DNA of 64,000 nucleotides. Source: Candidatus Woykebacteria bacterium (GTDB lineage: Bacteria; Patescibacteriota; Microgenomatia; Woykebacterales; RBG-16-39-9b). The stretch spans positions 270,313 to 334,312 of the forward strand of contig JBBDPM010000001.1 in the NCBI GenBank assembly GCA_040876345.1. The letters run 5' to 3'. Of the stretch, positions 53,727-64,000 are shown one piece after another. Position numbers and translations under genes: made by a program. Numbering within the stretch: position 1 is the first letter of the stretch; every line of letters starts with the position of its first letter. The notes under the pieces are model-generated. The model did no database searches. It was not told where the DNA came from and saw nothing but the letters and a program-made list of their open reading frames with translations.

Positions 53727-54851
53727 ATGGGTAGGAAATTAGATCAGGTAGATTATAATTCTCTAGATGATGCGAAGATTGCTTTTATTGAAGCAAGCAG
53801 AAGAACTTTGGGTTTTGCAAAAAATTATGGTTTTGTGCCAGATAAGAGGCTTGGTTCAAGTGCAAATATTTTTACCCTGAACCTAAAACCATTTATAAAA
53901 TTTAATCCCAGTCTCTATACTACTTTAATAACTGAAGGGCTTGGGACTGCGGATGATGCCAGGCCAGATGACTTGACTTCCGCTGAGGAAGAGAAGTTTT
54001 GGTACAACATAGCCTTCAAAACTTTGGGCGCTTTAACTAATGATGTTGCCTCAGCTGGAGTCCAACCTATTTTGATTTCTCTTTATCTACCTTCCAGCTC
54101 CCCCGAGATTGTTTTTAATAAGAGCTTCCGCAAAGGGTTTTTATCTGGGATTGTTGATGGTTGTCGAAAGATCGGGTGCGTCTATATATCGGGCGAGACT
54201 CCCCAATTAAAAAGTAAAATCTTTAAAGGTAAGCTGGATATTGCCGGTGCTGTGTTCGGTGTTGTACCCTCTGGTAGAAAACCGACTGCGGGTAGCGTCA
54301 AGGCTGGGGACAAAATAGTTTTTGTCGAAAGTTCTGGACCTCACGAGAACGGCTTTACCCCTATTAGAGAACTGGCTGGAAGGATTAAAAAGGGTTTTAG
54401 AACAAAGCTTCCTGGCGGTCGGGACTTTTGGGAGGGGGCCAATGAACCTTCGGTTCTTTACTCACCACTGGTGCAATCAATTTTGTCGGTGGGAATAACG
54501 CCGACAAACATCGAGCCAATTACAGGGCACGGTTGGTTAAAACTTATGAGATCAAATAAACCAATCAGGTATGTTATCGAAAAAATACTTCCAATCCCAA
54601 ATATCTTCAAATTTATTGAAAAAGAAAACGGCTCAACGACAGAAGAAATGATAAAAATTTTCAACTATGGTGTTGGACTTGTAGTCTTTATAAAAGATGA
54701 TAAAGACGCAGTTAAAGTAGTTGAGGTTGCTAAGGGTCACAAACTTAAGTCTATAGTGGCAGGTTATACTGAGAGATCAACAAAAAGGGAAGTTTACGTA
54801 AAACCTCTAGGTATCCTCTTGACAGGTAAAGAATTTGTATTAAGAAAATAG
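53727..54851 (+). CDS. purM: phosphoribosylformylglycinamidine cyclo-ligase-like (PurM/AIR-synthase family)
   Basis: colinear blocks vs PurM: EGLGTAD~DGVGTK, NDVASAGVQPILISLY~NDLVVQGAEPLFFLDY, ISGETPQL~VGGETAEM, SSGPHENGF~SSGPHSNGY, FNYGVGLVV~FNCGVGMII. Confidence 0.6.
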   Translation: MGRKLDQVDYNSLDDAKIAFIEASRRTLGFAKNYGFVPDKRLGSSANIFTLNLKPFIKFNPSLYTTLITEGLGTADDARPDDLTSAEEEKFWYNIAFKTLGALTNDVASAGVQPILISLYLPSSSPEIVFNKSFRKGFLSGIVDGCRKIGCVYISGETPQLKSKIFKGKLDIAGAVFGVVPSGRKPTAGSVKAGDKIVFVESSGPHENGFTPIRELAGRIKKGFRTKLPGGRDFWEGANEPSVLYSPLVQSILSVGITPTNIEPITGHGWLKLMRSNKPIRYVIEKILPIPNIFKFIEKENGSTTEEMIKIFNYGVGLVVFIKDDKDAVKVVEVAKGHKLKSIVAGYTERSTKREVYVKPLGILLTGKEFVLRK

Positions 54852-54855
54852 ATTT

Positions 54856-55254
54856 ATGAACTGGAAATTTTTTGTTTATGAAATGGAAAAGCTATACAAG
54901 AAAACAGACTATGACCCAGATATAGTTGTTGGTATTGCCAAAGGTGGAATTGTTCCAGCAAGACTTTTAGCATCCTATCTTGGAGTCGGTGAGATGTACT
55001 GTCTAACCATAAGGAAATTTGGTCAGGAAAGAAAGTTAGTCTCAAAAATCACTGGCGATTTAGAGAATAAAAAAGTTTTACTGGTTGAAGATATGTTGGA
55101 AACTGGAGGCAGCCTCATAGCTGCTAGGAAATATTTGGAGTCGAAGGGAACAGTGGTTAAAACTGTTTGTTTGTATACTACACCTACTTCTAAAGTTGAA
55201 CCAGATTTTTATCTAAAAAAAATCAACAAAGTAGAAAAGTTTCCGTGGGAGTAA
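54856..55254 (+). CDS. type I phosphoribosyltransferase-domain protein (purine PRTase-like)
   Basis: VLLVEDMLETGGSL PRPP-binding motif; 132 aa. Confidence 0.55.
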   Translation: MNWKFFVYEMEKLYKKTDYDPDIVVGIAKGGIVPARLLASYLGVGEMYCLTIRKFGQERKLVSKITGDLENKKVLLVEDMLETGGSLIAARKYLESKGTVVKTVCLYTTPTSKVEPDFYLKKINKVEKFPWE

Positions 55255-55315
55255 ACTGGTGAGCGCCGTAAAACCCTTCTTGCCAAAAAGGTCTTCGCCT
55301 GTTATATAATCTAGT

Positions 55316-56752
55316 ATGGCAGGAAGATTTAAGGGACTAGCACTGACCTTTGACGATATTCTTCTTGAGCCTCAGGATAGCTCTGTTTTACCCTCACAAG
55401 TCCGTTTAGAAACTCAGATCACGAAAAAAATAAAAATAAATATACCGATTATTAGCGCTGCATCCGATACTGTTACTGAGTCTTCGATGGCAATTGCGAT
55501 GGCGAGAGCCGGTGGTCTTGGTGTAATTCACCGAAATCTATCCATTGAAGATCAAGCAAAGGAAGTGCGGCTTGTAAAAAGAAGTGAAAGCAGCTTGATA
55601 CAGGAGCCTATTACACTTCGGCCCCAAGCGAGTTTACAAGAAGCACTTGAGGTAATGAGTACCTATAAAATCTCGGGTGTTCCGGTAGTAAATGATAATA
55701 AATTAAAAGGAATTATTAGCGGTAGAGATCTAAGACTGGAAGCCGATTTAACTAAAAAAGTATCAGAGGTAATGACAAAAGAGGGGTTAATAACTGCCAA
55801 GCAGGGAACGACTCTTGAGGAAGCTGAGAAAATATTTAAGAAGCACAAAATTGAAAAACTTCCAATAGTGGATAAGGAAGGGAAACTAAATGGTTTGATA
55901 ACTTGGAGAGATCTCAACAAAATTAGAGAATTTCCGCTTGCCTGTAAGGATAAGTACGGAAGGCTGCTGGTTGCAGCCGCAATCGGAGTTGGGGAAGATA
56001 TGGAGAGTAGAGTCGGCGCGCTTGTTAATGAGGGAGTTGATATTTTAGTCATCGATACCGCCCATGGACATCACAAAAACGTCGTAAGTTCTATTCCTTT
56101 TTTGAAAAAAACTTTTCCCAAGGTTCAAATCATTGCTGGCAATATAGCCACAAGGGAAGCGGCGGAAAGCTTAATTAAAAAGGGAGCGGATGCTGTTAAA
56201 ATTGGCGTGGGTTCTGGTTCAATTTGTTCAACTCGTGATGTGGCTGGTGTTGGGGTACCGCAGTTTACGGCTGTTTTGGAATGTGCCAAAGTTGCTAATA
56301 GATACAAAGTGCCAGTAGTTGCCGATGGCGGTTTAGTTTATCCGGGGGATATGGTAAAAGCACTAGCGGCTGGTGCTTCTTGTGTAATGCTTGGTAATAT
56401 GTTGGCCGGCACGGACGAGTCTCCTGGGGAGGTTATAATCAATAGTGACGGCCGTCGTTTTAAGAGCTATCGCGGTATGGGGTCGTTTGAGGCAATTAAA
56501 GTGCGAGGACACGATAGATATTTCCAAAAAGAGGTGGAGGAAGGAGTTAGTGCTAGAGTCTCCTATAAAGGATCGGTCATAAATGTTGTCAGAAAGCTCT
56601 CCTCTTCTCTCAAAACAGCAATGGGATATTTCGGTGCTAAAGAGATAGGTAACCTTTGGGTAGTAAAGTACTGGCAAATTACTGGGGCCGGTATCCGAGA
56701 ATCTCACCCCCACTCGGTTATCTTAGATTCTAATACTGCCACCTTTAATTAA
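55316..56752 (+). CDS. guaB: IMP dehydrogenase
   Basis: LTFDDILL, two CBS domains, catalytic loop IGVGSGSICSTR; promoter TTGCCA...TATATAAT ends ~7 nt before ATG (near-leaderless). Confidence 0.9.
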   Translation: MAGRFKGLALTFDDILLEPQDSSVLPSQVRLETQITKKIKINIPIISAASDTVTESSMAIAMARAGGLGVIHRNLSIEDQAKEVRLVKRSESSLIQEPITLRPQASLQEALEVMSTYKISGVPVVNDNKLKGIISGRDLRLEADLTKKVSEVMTKEGLITAKQGTTLEEAEKIFKKHKIEKLPIVDKEGKLNGLITWRDLNKIREFPLACKDKYGRLLVAAAIGVGEDMESRVGALVNEGVDILVIDTAHGHHKNVVSSIPFLKKTFPKVQIIAGNIATREAAESLIKKGADAVKIGVGSGSICSTRDVAGVGVPQFTAVLECAKVANRYKVPVVADGGLVYPGDMVKALAAGASCVMLGNMLAGTDESPGEVIINSDGRRFKSYRGMGSFEAIKVRGHDRYFQKEVEEGVSARVSYKGSVINVVRKLSSSLKTAMGYFGAKEIGNLWVVKYWQITGAGIRESHPHSVILDSNTATFN

Positions 56753-58030
<1,278 letters not shown>

Positions 58031-58043
58031 ATTAGAGTCCCTA

Positions 58044-59654
58044 ATGAAAAATTCAAAAAGTGCCTTAATTAGTGTTTATAAAAAAACTAGTCAATTAATA
58101 ACTCTTGCACACAAACTCAAAGAATTGGGTTTTAGGATTTACGCAAGTGGAGGTACGGAAAAGTTCCTCTTAGGTAAAGATGTTGAGGTTGTTAACGTTG
58201 AAAAATTGACTGGATTTCCACCAATTCTCGACCACAGGGTAGTTACGCTTCACCCAAAAATCCACGCCGGCATTCTTTCCAAAAATACTAAAGAACATGA
58301 AGACGAATTGAAGATATTGAAAGTTTCTAAATTCGATTTAGTAATCGTTGATCTTTACCCTGTTTGGGAAGGGATAAAGTCTGGTAATCTAGAAAAAGTT
58401 TTAGATATGGTCGATATTGGTGGCCCAACAATGCTTCGTGCGGCCGCTAAGAATTTTAATAACGAAAGAATAGTAGTATGTGATATGAGCGATACAGCGT
58501 TAGTTGTTAGTCAATTAGAGAGTAACGGTCAGGTGGACTTTGAAGTAAGAAAGAAGCTTGCCGCAAAAGTTTTTAGTTTGATGGAAAAATACGATGGGGC
58601 AATAGCATCCTTTCTATCAAGCGATCCCGATAGGTTATCTGTCGACAAGTCAGACCGGACAATTGCTTTGAGTTTTAATCAGGGTAAAAAACTAAGATAC
58701 GGGGAAAATCCCCATCAGAAAGCTTGGGTTTACGCTGGTGAGTCGAATAAAGACCCACTGGCGATTCAAAAATTTAAACAGCTTCAAGGGAAAGAGTTGT
58801 CGTTTAACAACTACTTAGATATAGACGCTGCTATCAGTTGTTTATCCGAAGTTGGAGGCGCAAAACCCTCTTGTGTAATAATCAAACACACAAATCCAGC
58901 TGGATTTTCCCTCAAAAACTCTATCGAAAAAGCTTATGAATATGCTTGGTATGGAGGGGACCCACTTGCCGCTTTCGGAGGGGTTGTCGGAGTTAATCGT
59001 AATGTTACAAAAAATCTGGCCAAGGAAATGTTGCTTGGGAAAAACAAGGCGAAGAAGTTTTTTGAAGTTTTGATAGCGCCGAGCATTGATAAAGAAGCTT
59101 TGCAAGTTTTTTCTGAACGAAAAGACCTTAGAATTCTGGTTAATCCGTTTTTGAAAAATCCAAAACCTGCGAAAAATCCTGATTTTAAAAAAATTCGGGG
59201 TGGGATTTTGTATCAAGATGCAGATGTGAGGTACATCGGGGAAAAAGATCTGAAAGTGGTAACAAAGAAAAAACCAACAAAAAGAGAGATCAAGAATCTT
59301 CTTTTTGCTTGGAGGGTTGTCAAAATTTGTAAATCAAACGCTATTTGCCTTGTTAAAGATGATGTTTTGATTGCTTCTGGAGTAGGACAACAAGATCGTA
59401 AAGAGTCCTGCAAAATTGCAGTTGCAAAGGCGACTGACCCTAATCGGGGTAAGTCAAAAATGACTATAATTGACTCGGTCGCTGCCTCCGATGCCTTCTT
59501 TCCTTTCCCTGACGGGCCAGAAATTTTAATTAAGGCAGGTGTAAAGGCTATTATCCAACCAGGTGGTTCGATCCGCGATCAAGAAACGATAGATATTTGT
59601 AAACGCAACAACGTTGCTATGGTTTTTACCTCAACCCGTTCCTTTAGCCACTAA
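58044..59654 (+). CDS. purH: bifunctional AICAR transformylase / IMP cyclohydrolase
   Basis: MGS-like N-domain ALISVYKKT..., C-terminal AICARFT domain. Confidence 0.9.
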   Translation: MKNSKSALISVYKKTSQLITLAHKLKELGFRIYASGGTEKFLLGKDVEVVNVEKLTGFPPILDHRVVTLHPKIHAGILSKNTKEHEDELKILKVSKFDLVIVDLYPVWEGIKSGNLEKVLDMVDIGGPTMLRAAAKNFNNERIVVCDMSDTALVVSQLESNGQVDFEVRKKLAAKVFSLMEKYDGAIASFLSSDPDRLSVDKSDRTIALSFNQGKKLRYGENPHQKAWVYAGESNKDPLAIQKFKQLQGKELSFNNYLDIDAAISCLSEVGGAKPSCVIIKHTNPAGFSLKNSIEKAYEYAWYGGDPLAAFGGVVGVNRNVTKNLAKEMLLGKNKAKKFFEVLIAPSIDKEALQVFSERKDLRILVNPFLKNPKPAKNPDFKKIRGGILYQDADVRYIGEKDLKVVTKKKPTKREIKNLLFAWRVVKICKSNAICLVKDDVLIASGVGQQDRKESCKIAVAKATDPNRGKSKMTIIDSVAASDAFFPFPDGPEILIKAGVKAIIQPGGSIRDQETIDICKRNNVAMVFTSTRSFSH

Positions 59655-59752
59655 ATCTCCACCCTATAGTTCTTGACTTACGAACTTAATATTAATATAA
59701 TCGCTTTTAATCAGGACTCCTTCATGTAAACCGTAGATTTGAGGAGGAAGAG

Positions 59753-60124
59753 GTGGAAAGTACAAGAAATAGGGTCTACAAAGTGATCCGGCGAGAGGGT
59801 GATAGACTTTACTCCTCCTTTGCCCGGGCTTATTTATGGCGGTGCGAGTACAAAGTTGACGGTCGGACTATACCCAGAGGAGAATCGGTACTATTTGCTT
59901 TTCAGGACCTCGAGTCTGCCGAAAGCTACAGAGAATCGTTGGAGAAAAAGGCAGACATCGAAGTTTGGGAGGCGAAAGCAAGAGGGTGTTCATCAATCGG
60001 TAAGGTTGGCATCTATCCTTATGACTGGGTTGATTTTTGGGCCAAAGAGAAGGTTCCGAAGCAACCACCTCCTAAGGGTACGATTGCATGCGACTCCCTC
60101 CAGTTAGTTCAACGGGTGGCTTAA
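59753..60124 (+). CDS. hypothetical 123-aa protein, GC-elevated, inserted in pur cluster
   Basis: consensus promoter TTGACT-17-TATAAT (59672-59700), GAGGAGG-6-GTG start; no recognisable family; GC ~48%. Confidence 0.35.
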   Translation: MESTRNRVYKVIRREGDRLYSSFARAYLWRCEYKVDGRTIPRGESVLFAFQDLESAESYRESLEKKADIEVWEAKARGCSSIGKVGIYPYDWVDFWAKEKVPKQPPPKGTIACDSLQLVQRVA

Positions 60125-60231
60125 TTTAGCGGTGGAAAGGAGAGAGCCATCCACCAGAATTTCCCCTTCACAATAAAAATTTTTTGTGCTATTTTATTTA
60201 TATGCTGCCGTGGGGCAGCTTGTATTTTTAA

Positions 60232-60915
60232 ATGACTAAAAACATTGCCATTCTTATCTCCGACAAAGGAACAGGAACAAATCTTCAAGCAATAATTGAT
60301 TTGTGCGAAAAAGACGAGATAAAAGGTCAAATCTGTGTGGTAGTTAGTAACACTTCAAATGCTTTGGGATTAGAAAGAGCCAAAAAGCACAAAATTCCAG
60401 CAGAAGTTTTTGGTTGGTCGCATTACAAAGAAGCTGGAAAAGGGCGTAACGAATATACTAAGGACTTAGCGGGGCTTTTGAAGGATAAATACAATCCTGA
60501 TTTAGTAGTTTTGGCTGGGTGGATCTTAATTTTGACGAAAGAGTTTTTTGAGATTTTCCCAAATGTTTTGAATATCCACCCGGGTTTAATACCGGACAAG
60601 GCTGGTTCTAAAGTTTATTTTCCAGACGGTAGAGAAGCCCCAACCAATGAAGAAATTCATACCGATGATGCAATTTCAGCATTTTTAGAGGGTGGTTACC
60701 AATATGCAGGATCCACAATTCACTTTGTTACTCCAAGTGTAGATTGGGGGCCAGTAGTTTTTCGGGATTTTGAAAAAATTGAGAAAGATGACACAGTTGA
60801 TACTTTATACACTAGATTAAAGAAAAAAGAGCACGCGATACTTATAAAAACAGTCTCACTTTTCTGCCAAGGAAAACTTTCTCTTGAAGATTCTAGTGTT
60901 AAAGTTCTAAAATAG
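60232..60915 (+). CDS. purN: phosphoribosylglycinamide formyltransferase
   Basis: IAILISDKGTGTNLQAII, NIHPGLIP motifs. Confidence 0.85.
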   Translation: MTKNIAILISDKGTGTNLQAIIDLCEKDEIKGQICVVVSNTSNALGLERAKKHKIPAEVFGWSHYKEAGKGRNEYTKDLAGLLKDKYNPDLVVLAGWILILTKEFFEIFPNVLNIHPGLIPDKAGSKVYFPDGREAPTNEEIHTDDAISAFLEGGYQYAGSTIHFVTPSVDWGPVVFRDFEKIEKDDTVDTLYTRLKKKEHAILIKTVSLFCQGKLSLEDSSVKVLK

Positions 60916-60918
60916 ATT

Positions 60919-62229
60919 ATGAAAGTACTAGTGATAGGCGGTGGTGCTCGTGAACACGCTCTTGTTTCCAAATATATTGAAAGCTCTAAAGTAAGAAAAG
61001 TTTATTCTATTCCTGGTAATGGTCTAATGGATTATAAACCTGCGAAACCTGTCAAAATTTATCCCAGTATTAGTCCAACTGACAAAAGTTCTATTTGGGA
61101 AGTTATAAAACGTGAAAAAATCTACCTTGTTGATGTTGCACAAGACGATCCTTTGGCAGAAGGTATGGTGGATTTCCTTGAAGAGAAGGGTGTAGCAACG
61201 TTTGGTCCAACGAAACTTGCATCTCAAATTGAATGGAGTAAGGAGTGGTCCCGAAATTTCATGAGGGAGTACTCACTTCCTATTCCTCACTTTGCCTCTT
61301 TCACAAAAGCGCAAAAGGCAAAAGACTACCTAAAAAAGCTCCCCCAAGGAGTTTTTTTCGTTAAAGCATCCGGTCTTGCAGCCGGTAAAGGAGCTATTAG
61401 GGCTAATGATAAGTCGGAAGTAATAGAGGCAATTGATCAAATGAAAAGTTTTGGGAAATCAGGGGAGACTTTTTTGATTGAAGAGGCTTTAGTGGGCGAA
61501 GAAGTGTCAGTGTACGCTATTTCAGACGGGAAAAACTTCAAAATTTTGAAAGCGGCGCAAGATAATAAGACAGTCAATAACTTTGACGAAGGGCCGAATA
61601 CCGGTGGGATCGGCGCAAACGCCCCGGCTTTATTAGCCTCGAATAACAAGATTCAGAAAAAGGTAGAGGAAATCATTGTAAAAACAATAAAAGGTATGGA
61701 AAAAGAAGGAAGGCTGTATAAAGGGATATTATATCTTGGTTTGATCATTGATAAGAAAAAAAATCTAAAAATAATTGAGTTTAACGCGCGTTGGGGAGAC
61801 CCTGAAGCCCAGGTTGTTTTACCAGGGATTAAAAACGATTACTTGGAAGTTGCTACTTCGGTAATTGACGGTGAGTTGGATAAGTTAAAAATTTTGGAAG
61901 ATAAAAAAACAAGAGTATGCATAGTTGGTGCAAGTCGCGGGTATCCAGGGGACTATTCCAAAGTAAAAAATAAACAGATTTTTGGTATCGACGAAGCGCT
62001 AAAAACTCCTGGAGTTAGTATTTACGGTGCCGGACTTAGACGTGTAGGTACAAGGTTTTTTGCCAACGGTGGTCGATTATTTAACGTGGTCGGTGAAGGG
62101 AAAGATGTGGTTGAAGCAAGAGCCCGCGCTTATCAAGCTATTTCTCTAATTAACATCCAAGGCAACAATCTGCATTACCGAACGGATATTGGTTGGCGAG
62201 ATGTTGAAAGGATCTCTGCCTATGCTTGA
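60919..62229 (+). CDS. purD: phosphoribosylamine--glycine ligase
   Basis: MKVLVIGGGAREHAL, ATP-grasp. Confidence 0.9.
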   Translation: MKVLVIGGGAREHALVSKYIESSKVRKVYSIPGNGLMDYKPAKPVKIYPSISPTDKSSIWEVIKREKIYLVDVAQDDPLAEGMVDFLEEKGVATFGPTKLASQIEWSKEWSRNFMREYSLPIPHFASFTKAQKAKDYLKKLPQGVFFVKASGLAAGKGAIRANDKSEVIEAIDQMKSFGKSGETFLIEEALVGEEVSVYAISDGKNFKILKAAQDNKTVNNFDEGPNTGGIGANAPALLASNNKIQKKVEEIIVKTIKGMEKEGRLYKGILYLGLIIDKKKNLKIIEFNARWGDPEAQVVLPGIKNDYLEVATSVIDGELDKLKILEDKKTRVCIVGASRGYPGDYSKVKNKQIFGIDEALKTPGVSIYGAGLRRVGTRFFANGGRLFNVVGEGKDVVEARARAYQAISLINIQGNNLHYRTDIGWRDVERISAYA

Positions 62230-63649
62230 AGATTCAAAGCCAAAAGAAGAATGTGGCGTCTTTGGGATATATGCCCCTGGAGAGGATGTAGCAAGGCTTG
62301 CTTTTTATGGTCTTTTTACACTCCAGCACCGTGGTCAGGAGAGCGCGGGTATAGGGGTGCTTGATGGGAAAAGATATTTTTTACATAAAAAAATGGGGTT
62401 GGTAAATCAAGTTTTTGATGAGGAGAGGATAGCAAAGATGCAAGGAAATATCGCAGTGGGGCACAATCGGTATTCTACTACCGGTACCAGTAATATCAAA
62501 AACGCTGGTCCTTTTGTGTCTCGTAGAAAAATGGAAACTTTTGTAGTTGCCCATAACGGAAACGTTGTTAATGCCGCAAGTCTAAAGAAAGTTCTGGAAA
62601 AAAAGGGCAAGAAATTTAAATCCACGTGCGATAGTGAGATACTTGCCGAATTAATTGCTGATTCAAAATATAAAGACCCAGTTAAAAAGATTTTCTCCAT
62701 GATGTATCGGGTTAGCGGTGCCTACAGTTTGGTTATCGGCACTAAAAACGAGCTTATTGGTGTGCGCGACCCCCTTGGTTTTCGTCCATTGTCTTTAGGT
62801 AAGTTGAACGGCTGGTACGTTCTAGCCTCCGAATCTTGTGCATTTTCCGCAATTGGCGCTTCTTTTATAAGAGAGATTGAACCGGGTGAGATGGTGGTTA
62901 TTAATTCTAAAGGCCTAAGCTCCTTTAGGTTTAGTGCTAAAAAAAGAGCTAGTTTTTGTATTTTCGAATATGTTTATCTAGCTCGTCCGGACTCGATATT
63001 AAATAATCAGTCCGTTTATTTGTCACGTGAAAATCTTGGTAAGCTTCTAGCCAAGGAGCATCCAGCCGAAGCTGATATTGTGATAGCAGTTCCGGACTCT
63101 GGAGTTGCCGCAGCTATTGGCTATTCTCAAGAATCTGGCCTTCCTTATCGCGAAGGCCTAATTAAAAATAGGTACATAGCCAGAACTTTTATTCTACCTG
63201 ATCAGAGAATGCGGGATTTAGGTGTAAAAATGAAACTTTCACCCTTGTCAGAAGTTGTTTCGGGTAAAAGAGTTGTTTTGGTTGATGATTCAATTGTAAG
63301 AGGCACAACTTCACTCAAAATAATAAGACTTCTTAAAGAAGCTGGTGCAAAAAAAGTGCATGTCAGAATCTCTTCACCTCCAATTAAAAACCCCTGCTAT
63401 TACGGTGTGGATATGCCAAATAGAGAGGATTTTATTGCTAACGAGCGTGGGGTTGAGGAAATTAGAAGGTTTATTGAGGCAGATTCTTTAGGATATTTGT
63501 CCGTCGAAAATATGATTAAAGCAACTGGAGAGTCCGAAAATTCAGTTTGTGCAGCTTGTTTTACGGGCAGATACCCGCTAAAAGGAGAGTTTTTGAACGA
63601 AATTAATAAGGAAACACTAGAGAAGAAGCTGGAAGGCGCAATATTATAG
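62222..63649 (+). CDS. purF: amidophosphoribosyltransferase
   Basis: CGVFGIY Ntn-Cys, PRTase motif VVLVDDSIVRGTT, C-terminal Cys cluster; start set to ATG 62222 overlapping purD end. Confidence 0.9.
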   Translation: MLEDSKPKEECGVFGIYAPGEDVARLAFYGLFTLQHRGQESAGIGVLDGKRYFLHKKMGLVNQVFDEERIAKMQGNIAVGHNRYSTTGTSNIKNAGPFVSRRKMETFVVAHNGNVVNAASLKKVLEKKGKKFKSTCDSEILAELIADSKYKDPVKKIFSMMYRVSGAYSLVIGTKNELIGVRDPLGFRPLSLGKLNGWYVLASESCAFSAIGASFIREIEPGEMVVINSKGLSSFRFSAKKRASFCIFEYVYLARPDSILNNQSVYLSRENLGKLLAKEHPAEADIVIAVPDSGVAAAIGYSQESGLPYREGLIKNRYIARTFILPDQRMRDLGVKMKLSPLSEVVSGKRVVLVDDSIVRGTTSLKIIRLLKEAGAKKVHVRISSPPIKNPCYYGVDMPNREDFIANERGVEEIRRFIEADSLGYLSVENMIKATGESENSVCAACFTGRYPLKGEFLNEINKETLEKKLEGAIL

Positions 63650-63720
63650 ATTGATAAACGCTTTACTTTAGTTTAAATTAAAGCTGAAAATTTAAAACTG
63701 CCTAAAGGGCGGTTTTTTGG

Positions 63721-64000
63721 ATGAAAATATCTAAAGTATATGTTAGCGATAAAGAAGGATTTAGCAGTAAACTAAAGAGGAGTATTGATAATCTTGGTAT
63801 TAAGGGTATTGAAAGTGTTAGGGAATTTAGTGTTTTTTGGCTTGCTCAAGCTTCGATAAAAGATCTGAACGTTTTATCTGCAAAACTTCTTCACAGTAGT
63901 TTCACTCAGGAAGTTTTCATAAATACTATACCCAAAAGTTTAACTAAAGGAGCGTTGAAGGTAGAGGTTGTATCAGATTTGGGTGTTATCGATCCACGAG
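63721..64000 (+). CDS. PurS-like / FGAM-synthase N-terminal-like protein, 3'-truncated by window edge
   Basis: MKISKVYVSDKEGFSSKLKRSIDNLGIKGIESVREFSVFW resembles PurS fold pattern; weak. Confidence 0.3.
   Translation, partial: MKISKVYVSDKEGFSSKLKRSIDNLGIKGIESVREFSVFWLAQASIKDLNVLSAKLLHSSFTQEVFINTIPKSLTKGALKVEVVSDLGVIDPR

Overview
This 64 kb window has low GC (about 38-40%) and is dense with housekeeping genes. The gene content (eukaryote-type dimeric GlyRS, short Mur ligases, split GlmU-like domains, few strong RBS) suggests a reduced-genome bacterium, possibly of the CPR/Patescibacteria type. This placement is an inference. The order is: (1) a surface-polysaccharide locus, 1-10.5 kb (wecB, four GT4 glycosyltransferases, an O-antigen-ligase-like membrane protein, manC, a WbaP-type sugar transferase, a DUF4012-like protein); (2) recO, a small GC-rich csrA-like gene, glyRS; (3) a minus-strand succinyl-CoA-synthetase-like pair plus a citrate-synthase-like (citryl-CoA-lyase-like) gene; (4) a complete dcw cell-wall/division cluster (mraZ-rsmH-ftsL-ftsI-murE-...-murC-murB, murA-alr-ddl-murF, mraY-pgeF-murD, ftsW-murG-ftsQ-like-ftsA-ftsZ); (5) pyrG, a MerR/HspR-like regulator divergent from a KGG-repeat stress protein, ileS, rodA, rplU-rpmA, parB, lepB, tRNA-Val; (6) a purine cluster (purM, PRTase, guaB, purA, purH, purN, purD, purF, PurS-like). 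Items not explained by this backbone are listed below. A lineage-specific paralogous family of membrane-anchored proteins with a conserved C-terminal 'STFKFLD' motif has four intact or truncated copies plus one decayed copy, all inserted into intergenic gaps of the dcw region. One copy has a G10 homopolymer in its promoter. There are four GC-elevated small genes (csrA-like, a 2-TM protein, a Cys-rich protein, a 123-aa protein), each with a consensus promoter and a strong GGAGG RBS. There is an HTH/PIN toxin-antitoxin pair and a decayed RelE/ParE pair. There is a pyrG leader starting GGGC that resembles the Bacillus reiterative-transcription attenuator. No CRISPR array, rRNA gene or transposase was seen.
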